From Auanema rhodensis (taxonomy: Eukaryota; Animalia; Nematoda): DNA of 64,000 nucleotides. Under the pieces are notes generated by a model. The model had not been told where the DNA came from. It ran no database searches and worked only from the letters and a program-made list of their open reading frames with translations. Shown here in pieces: positions 55,190 to 64,000 of this stretch; within the stretch, counting starts at the first letter, position 1; every line of letters begins with the position of its first letter. The stretch covers positions 15,438,001-15,502,000 of the forward strand of contig OZ059895.1 in NCBI GenBank assembly GCA_964057225.1, given 5' to 3'. Both the position numbers and the translations under genes were made by a program.

Positions 55190-55596
55190 ATAAATCAACA
55201 ACAACAACAACAACAACAACCCAGATATTCCAGAATCTACATGTATGTATGTTACTGTGGCTTCTCGTACAGTTCAGTACTATGTCCGAATTCTCTAGTT
55301 TTCCTCTGTTGGTCAACGACAATTTTACACAAATGGAGACTGTTTTGAACTTTACCAACAACTTCAATGATAGTCTGATCGATATTTTACAAATTAATTT
55401 AGCAGTAAAGGTAAGAGAGAGAGGAAGAGAGAGAGGGAGAGAGGGAAGATTTTCTCTAGCTATGGCAGAGAAAAAAGGATGAAATGATGCTAAGGAGAGA
55501 AAAGAATGTGAAGGAGTGAGGGAAAATAAGGATATGAAAGGTGTTGGAGAAGGAGACAGAAAAGTGTTCAACTATTGTGAGTGACAAGATGATTAG

Positions 55597-55636
<40 letters not shown>

Positions 55637-56168
55637 AGAAACATGAAAATGCCAACAGTTACCGTGTTTTTCAGAAACATATTGATACATCGAAGCTCAT
55701 TGGATTAAAGGAAAATGATTGGCGTGATGCACACAACGAAAAGATGATCATTTGGTCAGTTGAATCTCGATGGCATCCAGAATTCGGAAAGAATTATCCA
55801 AAAGGAGATGTTGATACAGAAAGGTTTCACATCATCTCCATTCATAAATACATTCAGCTTTACATCCAACATTCAGATTAACACGATCATCACAGATGAT
55901 GTCATTCATGATCTTAGGATCTGTCATCGGCTTCATCCTCTACACATATCTTGGACATGTTCTGATGGTCAAACGATTGAATAGAGAAGAAAAAGCTAGA
56001 CGTGTACGAGAAATGATGCGACGGTATTGGAGCATTTTTCCAACTTTTTCTTGACAAACAGCCCACATTTGCAGATCAGCCATGATGTTTGTGGATGGCG
56101 ATCAAGTAGATGAAGAAAATGAACGAAAAAGATCTTTAATCAACATGTTCAAAGGATTCAAACTTTGA
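55190..56168 (+). CDS. Uncharacterised small single-pass membrane protein; start codon/first exon unresolved
   Basis: Phase-consistent exons (55190 or 55273)-55410, 55675-55823, 55877-56023 and 56075-56168, with a 264-nt intron and then 53- and 51-nt GT-AG introns. Product ...NDNFTQMETVLNFTNNFNDSL...KHIDTSKLIGLKENDWRDAHNEKMIIWSVESRWHPEFGKNYPKGDVDTERLTRSSQ-MMSFMILGSVIGFILYTYLGHVLMV-KRLNREEKARRVREMMRRS...KGFKL*. N-glycosylation sequons precede the TM and basic residues follow it. Confidence 0.75.
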
Positions 56169-56640
56169 TTTGTTTTTTTGTTTGTTTTTTCTTCCAAAAA
56201 ATATCCAAAAAAAACAACAAAAAACGAAAAATATTGTCATATCAAAATGGATTACTAATGCAATATCTAGGTACATGTATACTAAATACTTTATTTATTT
56301 GTTTATTTTTTTATAAATAATTAACTTAATTATATAATATTTCTATTATATTTAATTAAATAAAATATTTTTATGTATTCTTATCTATCTATATATCATT
56401 CCCTTCTCTCTATCATCCCCTCAAATCCTAAGGCATGAGAAAACTTGGAGCGCAAAACTCAACAACTTGAAAACTGAACTTGCGTCTCAACTTAGAGAGC
56501 TAGAGGCTATCTTACGCAATGGACAAGGATGAATGCATGAAGGTTCAGCTTTTCATTCATTTTTTTTTGTGACCAAGTATGCATAATGTCTGCATTCTAT
56601 CCTTATTTAGATTCATTTCAGGTGCTCTTCTCTCTATGTT

Positions 56641-56678
<38 letters not shown>

Positions 56679-57340
56679 TCTCTCTCTCTCTTCTTTCCTC
56701 CAATATTAATGTATTCTCTTTGTTGTTTATACTATTTTCCTTTAACCCTTTTCCTGTAACAAGCAATCTAGTTACAAGAACAAACTGGACAAGGACTACG
56801 ACGACAAGGTGTGAAGCCTTGTATATTAGAAAAGAGAGAGAGAGAGGGGGGGGAGAGAGTAAGAAAGAGAGAGAATCTGCATTATAGCTAAACCTTTTGA
56901 AAGAAAACTAAATACCAGAAGAACAAGAATTATTTTCTTCCTCTTTTGTCTCATAATTTTCTCGTTTTGAACAGAAAAAATTTCGCTCAGAGAGATATAT
57001 ATTCCAAGGTTTGTTTTTGAAGTAATTTTAAACACAAATATAGAATGGTTATGTTACATTCTCTCTCTCTCTCTCTATCTCTCTATCTCTATCTCTCTCT
57101 CTTAGTTTCCCTCCCTCTCTCTTTATCTTTCTCTCTTCCTCTTTCTCTAAATACAGGACCTCAGCATCAAATACTGAAAATAGCAATAGATGAAAGAAAT
57201 AAAAAAGGTGGCAGAGAAGAGAGGGAGATCAGACAAAGAGAGCTGAAGGAGAAAAAAAATGGAATGAAGAAATGAGCCACATATTAGAGATTTGGAGAGA
57301 ATAGTAGTAATAGAAAGATTAACAGAGAGACTGAGAGAGA

Positions 57341-57382
<42 letters not shown>

Positions 57383-57914
57383 AAATTGCTCAATAAGGTT
57401 AGTATAGCAAGCTATAAAGCAAGCAATCTCTCAATGTCTCCAAGTTGTATACATTCCAAATTCATATTTTCTTCTTTTCTTTTTCATTAAAAATTCATTT
57501 TCTTCAAAAACATTCGTATCTTACACAGATTTTTGAAATAAAAGTTATTTTATTATGTTTCTTCTTTTTCTATTTTCTCATCTTTTACTTACATTTTAAC
57601 TTGAAATTCTTTTTTTTTTCGTTTTTCCATTTGTAATTTCCATCGACTTTAACTAATTTAAAGGTTTTCATCCTTTTTTCAAATATCATTTGAGCACTTT
57701 TTTGAAGAAAAAAATGAAAAAAAAGTTCAAAATATAATGAAAAAGAGGGAGAGACAGAAGAGACATGGTGACATGAAGCTTGCACCGAATACGACAACAT
57801 ATCCTCACATTTCTTCAAATGATGCAATTATTTCGACGAAAAACGTATTTTTCAAGATTCTTTCTATATATATTTCCTATTTCCTCTTACTTCTTCATAA
57901 CCTGCTCCAGATTG

Positions 57915-57981
<67 letters not shown>

Positions 57982-60172
57982 ACTCTCTAACTCTCTCTAA
58001 CTCTCTTTCTCCACATACCTCTTTCATTCCTTTTAGCAGCATAATCATCTGACATGATGAGCAGCATTTCGTTTAAAACATACCAATTATTCTTCTACTT
58101 TTTTCTATTTTTCAATATTATTTTCTCAATAAAGATTGAATAACTTGCTTCAACTGTGCATTTGTTGCAAATATTCTTATGGCGTTAGGATCACAGCAGT
58201 AATATAAAGCTTTAATAGTCTAGTGAACAGTAGAAACTTCAGTATGCCTGAATGAATAAACACTCTCTTCCCCAACCTCTCTCTCTCTCTCCCTCTCATT
58301 AGATGATGAGTTTGGCTGAAAAGGTGAGGATGTGCCAGCTTGAGAGCAGTAAAGATACCGCATACTTTTCCGTAAATTATTTGTTTTTCAATTATTCGTA
58401 CAAAATCTCGGTTCATTAACCTCCATCTGTGTTACTACCACATTCGATGTGAGCTGATATCACGTCTATGCTCATGCTTATACCAGGTCAGATTCGTGAT
58501 ATTAGCAGACTAAGCCAATGAACAGCTCTTCCCCTTTTCTCTCCCAACCTCTCTCTCTATGTCTCTCTCAATCTCTCTCTCTCTATGTCTCCCTTTCTGT
58601 AGTTGTCACTCTTCACATCATCATCTAAGCATCAGTATCTTCTGATAACCTGTTAATATGATTCACAAAACAGATAGTTTTTTGCTCAAAAAATGTCGTT
58701 AGGCCTGAAAGTAGATGTTGTATGTTAGAGCATTGGATGATGCTATAGTAGCTAGTAAACAATAACAACAATAAGTCCTCTAAATCGATGGTGTACTTGT
58801 GAATAATTCGTAAATCGGCTTCAGAGCTAGCAGTTTTCTCTTCTATTATGCATTTTCTAGCTTCTTTTACTTCTAATATAACATTTTTCTATCTCTATCT
58901 ATATACTTCTGAATACTATATCGTATATTTTACCTCTAGAGAGATGTATATAGTTGCTAATATATCCAGATAGATGGATAGTTAGATAGATTTATATTAT
59001 TTAAATATTCAAGTTAACTATACCATATACAAGTATATATCTTTGTAACTTACAACCCCGTTTCTCTCTCTCTCTCTCTCTCTCTCTCTTCCTCTCTCTC
59101 TCTCTTTGACTTCATTTAATCTGTTCCACAACCACCCTCCTGCTTCTGCTCCTGTTCCACTTCACAACCCTTTTTAAGCTTAACTATATCAATTTAGTAA
59201 ATTGCTACATACCTTATACAACTTGCATATACCCACATCCATATATGCTTATAACAGTTGGCTGAAGTTATGCTTCGTCAATGAAATGCCTTCAAGCTCT
59301 TAACTCAACTACTAACATCATCATATGGTAAAAAGTCTTGATGATTACATCAATCTATTTATCTGTCTCTCACATGCTTTATGCAGCTAATCATGAGACA
59401 TAGATCAGCATGCTTTATGCGAACTCAAGCTCCAACTTGTCAGTCTCTCTTCGATCATCAAACGTTTTTTTTATTCCGTTATTGTTGTCAAAGCTGACTA
59501 GATAATGAAATGTATTTCTGATATTATTTCTTCTCTATCTGATGCGTATGTAGCATCCTTTTCACTTTTTTTTTAAATTCATTGTATTTCCCGTCCTCTT
59601 CTTCAAAATCTATCTCAAACATTTCTCCTTCTCTAACTATTCACGTGCTATATTTTCACGTGCATTTCACGTCATCAATCTATTAGCATAATATTTTCAC
59701 GTAGAATTTCATCACTAATTTTCCACGTAACTCACGTAACATACATTTTTCATTGATCTTATCATCTTGAACGGTTGTATTCAATTTTAGCTTCAATATA
59801 ACTTATCAAATGTTCTTCAGAGACAGTTATAGCATCTCTCATCATCTATTGATGGCTTTAACGAAGCTTCTTCTTCTCTCAACATCTTCTATATAATATT
59901 TTTATTAGTAATATTATTATTATTTCGTTAAATATATATTTTGTATTTAAAAAAATAAAAAAAGAGTTCATTGAATACTGTCATCTGAAATATTTGGTTG
60001 ACGAAAAACCAATTTGTGAATCAACACATGGAACAAAAAAAAAAGTTGACTTGTTCACTTGTGGTACATCTCATTTTGTAAATGGAATTTTTCATATTTA
60101 TGTTCATTTCTTTTAAATTATTCTTATATATTATTCTATTCAATTATTGATTATTTATATATAATTATAGAT

Positions 60173-63100
60173 ATGATGTTGGGATTCATTATATTATCCA
60201 TATTATTTGTGTATACATGTCAAGAAAAAATGGGCAAACGGGTTAGGTAAGTGCTCATTCACGTGATCATCATGCTGATGATAATGCTGCTTATCCACAT
60301 CATCAGCATCATCATCATATACATTATATATTCTACAATTCAACTACTTAACTAGATACATATAGTTAGTTACGTATATATTTCAGTTTATCAGAAAGTA
60401 CGGGTAACTACGATGATTGGCTGCGCTCCAACACGAAACATAGCTCTGAACATGTGCCGGTTGCTGAAGAAGTATACCATAGCCAACTTAGACGAAGTTT
60501 AGGTAATGAATCCATTGTTATTTGTTTCCAACGTTCATAAACAAAATGACGAATTTTACAGATGAAAGAGATGGCATTTTCTTTAATGCATCATTTTATG
60601 AGCATTTGGTTAAAGAACGACAAGAATATCTGGAAAAATTGAATTCTGGACAATTTTTTAATGATCAAAGACGATTAGTTGAAGATCTATTAGATCCACA
60701 ATTTTATGAACGAACAGTTCATCCAAAAGTATTAATTATACTAATTATATATTTATTTATTTTATTTTATTTTAAAGAAAAATCATTTGAAACCAACTAG
60801 AATTAATGTAAGCATGAGTCTGTATCAAATATTGGATGTTGTAAGTTTTTTGCTTTTTTTTTTGCTTTGAATTTCCCAAAAAAAATTTTTTTTTTTATAA
60901 ATTCAAAAATAAAATAAAAATTTTGTTTTCAGGATGAACATAAACAAAGTATTGTTGTTAATGTGTGGATGGTTCAGGTATTACATATTCTACTTTGTTG
61001 AATTTCAAAACGAAAAAAAGGAAAAAAAAAAGAAGAAAAGGAGGAAGAGAAATGTAGAGAAGAGAATAGAACAGGAAACAAATTGTTTTTATTATTAAAT
61101 TAATTTATTGATTATATATATATATATATATATATAATCAAGTTTTAAGTTTTAAGCTTATTTAAAGTTTCATTTTTATGAATAATTTGAATGAAATATG
61201 TCCGGTATTAGGTATGTATGTAAGCTGATGAGATAGAATAAGAGTTTTGTAACCATAAAATGCCAACGTTTTGAAGGCATTCAAGTTTTACTTCTAAAAG
61301 CTTTAGTTTAAACAACTTTATCCAACCTATTCTGGTTGGGGCTCTTTACTTGCTACAAGTTATTTCTTTGAAACAATGTTAAAATTTGATGCTGCATAGA
61401 GTCAAGTAGAGTAGAAGATGTTTGCAAGCTTTAAAGGTGGATCAAGCTTGTGCAAAAACTTTGAAATCTTCTATTTTTTCATGTTTAATCATTTTTTTTA
61501 GAATTGGTATGATGAATTTCTGGATTGGGATCCATATGATTATGGTCTCATCAATAAAACGATTGTACCGCATGATCAGTTGTGGATTCCAGATACGTAC
61601 TTATACAACAGGTTCATATTAAAGCTTAACGCTAAAGTTGCAACAACAAAAACTTATATTTTGAACTTTGTAGTGAGACATTAGAACAAAAGCAGACAGA
61701 ATCAATCATGAATGCCATCGTGGAGACAGGCTATTGGGCGAATGATTCGCTTGGAGCTCGCGTTCAGCTCATGTTTCCAGCTATTTACAAGTTGTCTTGT
61801 CATATGAACGTAAGATTTACCAAAGCTTTTGTTTTCGTTAGGGTCAGTGCTACTAGATTATGCGCATGCTAGAACCTGAAGGCTTCAGGTTTAGTCAAGC
61901 CTTAAATCTTTGCTGCTTTGAAGCTTGTAGGCTACTTCAAATGAACAGCAAAATGATAGAAAATGTCTTGAAGACGAGCAGCAAATAGGAATTTTCGTGA
62001 ATTACGCATTGCAGGTTCAATGGTTTCCGTATGATTCACAGAACTGTAGCTTCATCATATCAAGTTGGACACATGATAAAGCCACAATCGATTATTGGCC
62101 AATGTGGGAAGGCGTTAACCTAGCTAATATGGCTCGTAATGATGAATGGGAAGTTATAAGTTTCAACTTTCATCGCATCGAGGTTTGAAATTCCACAGAT
62201 TGAGTGTTGTTATTGATTGTTGTGTTTAAGCAAAATTTCAAATGTTGCAAAGATCCATGGGTAATGTTATACGCACATATGGTTATACGTCGTAAACCAT
62301 TATACTATATTATAAATTTGGTAATAATTTATATATTATATCATATAAATTAAAATAATTTTAGGTTATTCCGACATCTATCATTACTATTGTAGCTGTG
62401 ACAGGTTTCTTTACACCAACATCATCTTCCAGTGAACGAGATGAAAAATTGTATGATTTTCTATCAATTTTCACTTTTTTTTTTAATTTTATTTTTAAAA
62501 AAATAATTTTTAAAAACTTCAGATATCTTGGTATAAATACCTTGTTAACCATGTCTATTATGATGTTGATGGTATGTAATCAAATGCCATCAACTAGTAC
62601 TTATGTTCCTTTAATGAGTAAGATCAAACTTTTCTTCGTCTTTTTCATATTTTCAAATAAATTATTCAGGTTGGTATTACATTGGAGTAATTCTTGTCAT
62701 TGTTGTTGGTACTCTTATGGCTACCATTGTTTTAGGTGCGCTCTAATCACAAATCTATACATTCAAACTTTAACCTTTTCAGCTATTCATAACCAAAAAC
62801 ATTATAATAAGCCTATTCCAACTTGGATACGACGTCTTATACATAATCGATATGTCAATTGTATGTTTTATCTTCATGTTGTAAGGATTTTGAAGTCATC
62901 ATAGTCATTTTCAGCTATTATACTTGATGTGCCATCAGCTTTACTGGAGCTGTGGGAAGAATTTGGGGTTGTAGTGAGTGCACGTAACTCAACAATGGAT
63001 CAATTCCTATTGGATAGTTTAGATCCAGTATCTGTAAGTGAACTGAAAATGATCGAAATGATCAGTAAATCACATATTGCAGCAATTGCCACCCAGACCC

Positions 63101-63657
63101 AGAGCCTTCTTCGGCTCATTCTGCTCAGTATCCAGTGATACTACGTCTTTCGACTATACAGTCAGACTTGCAAATATTACCAAGCAGTACACATCACAGG
63201 TTCATAAATCTTTTTTTGTTTACATAATTAGCATAATCAATAAGTAGTAAGAATATAATTAGCATATACTCGAATCATTTTTAAGTTAAATGCATAGATG
63301 AGCGGTTGTATTCAGAGATTAATCTTTTTAATTATTATTATTATTATTAATATTTAATTATTTCAGGTACGTAGTAAAGACAAGGAACATAGGTGTCATC
63401 ATATGAGCAATTCATCACAAGCACGTAATGTGAAACGGCAAAAAATGCAAAGAAGGTTTGTTTTGTTGTTTATTACTCTAAAATCTTCATCAAATTGCAT
63501 TTTCAGATGCTCAATGGAATGGGAATTTTTAGCAAATGTATTGGATCGAATATTGTTAACAATGTTCTCAGGAATTACTTGTATATTATTCTTCTTACTT
63601 GTATTTTTTGATTATTTCACCCATTTATATCATCGTTTCAATAATATGATGTCATGA
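60173..63657 (+). CDS. acr-5: Nicotinic acetylcholine receptor alpha-type subunit, DEG-3 group, 17 exons
   Basis: Spliced product contains DQRRLVEDLLDPQFYERTVHPK, SMSLYQILDVDEH, WIPDTYLYNS, Cys-loop CHMNVQWFPYDSQNC, SSWTHD, loop C FKCCKDPW, RRKPLYYIINLVIP, M2 DEKLYLGINTLLTMSIMMLMV and M4 EWEFLANVLDR. It closely matches my recollection of C. elegans ACR-5. An acceptor TTATAG ends at 60170, 2 nt before the ATG. Confidence 0.92.
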
Positions 63658-64000
63658 TCATCTTTAAAATGCTTCTAGTCTCATTGTTTTTCCAACAACA
63701 ACAACAACAACAACATTCTCTTAATATTAGGTGTTAAGGTTATGAGCATGAAAAGCCATAACGATTCTGATCACAGACTGCGCACGAATTGTCATAGATT
63801 TTTATTAATTCATTCTTTCATCTTATACATATTGTTTAAACGGTTTAAAATCTTTTTTTTTTTTAATTTTAATTGCAATCACAGCCTACTGAGTCCATGT
63901 GTTCAGCCTGCCTCATTATTCCACCATCACTAAGCATACTCCCCAGAATACCAAAAGTGGAAAAGTTATATAAATAATTTATAATTAAAGTTACAATCAA

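Noticed and set aside
58844-58864. TATTATGCATTTTCTAGCTTC resembles miR-60
   Set aside because: Only AGCTAG/CTAGCT can pair with the upstream flank, so there is no pre-miRNA hairpin.

Overview
AT-rich, (AG/CT)n-dense eukaryotic DNA with short GT-AG introns and TTTCAG-type acceptors, i.e. a rhabditid-type nematode genome (species not identifiable). Most ORF-track entries are microsatellite artefacts; real genes had to be assembled by hand from short exons. Supported genes: the 3' part of an orphan single-pass membrane protein (1-1652,+); a 28-exon orphan class C GPCR (3374-10013,+); an intron-containing tRNA-Leu(CAA) (11225-11338,-); a ground-like hedgehog-related gene (11473-12504,+); a PIM-family kinase, prk-2-like (41436-47699,+), preceded by ~29 kb with no gene I can support; two head-to-head DB-domain paralogues (49364-51281,- and 51702-52965,+); a small single-pass membrane gene almost invisible in the ORF track (~55190-56168,+); and a DEG-3-group nicotinic receptor subunit, acr-5-like (60173-63657,+). 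Unexplained structure includes dispersed CACGT-word clusters, a dispersed AACTATA..TATAGTT mini-hairpin family, a high share of AAG splice acceptors, AP-2-like palindromes upstream of the kinase, a 34-bp perfect palindrome and a ~310-bp pure (AG)n tract. All gene models are manual, and homology calls come from recalled sequences, not database searches.
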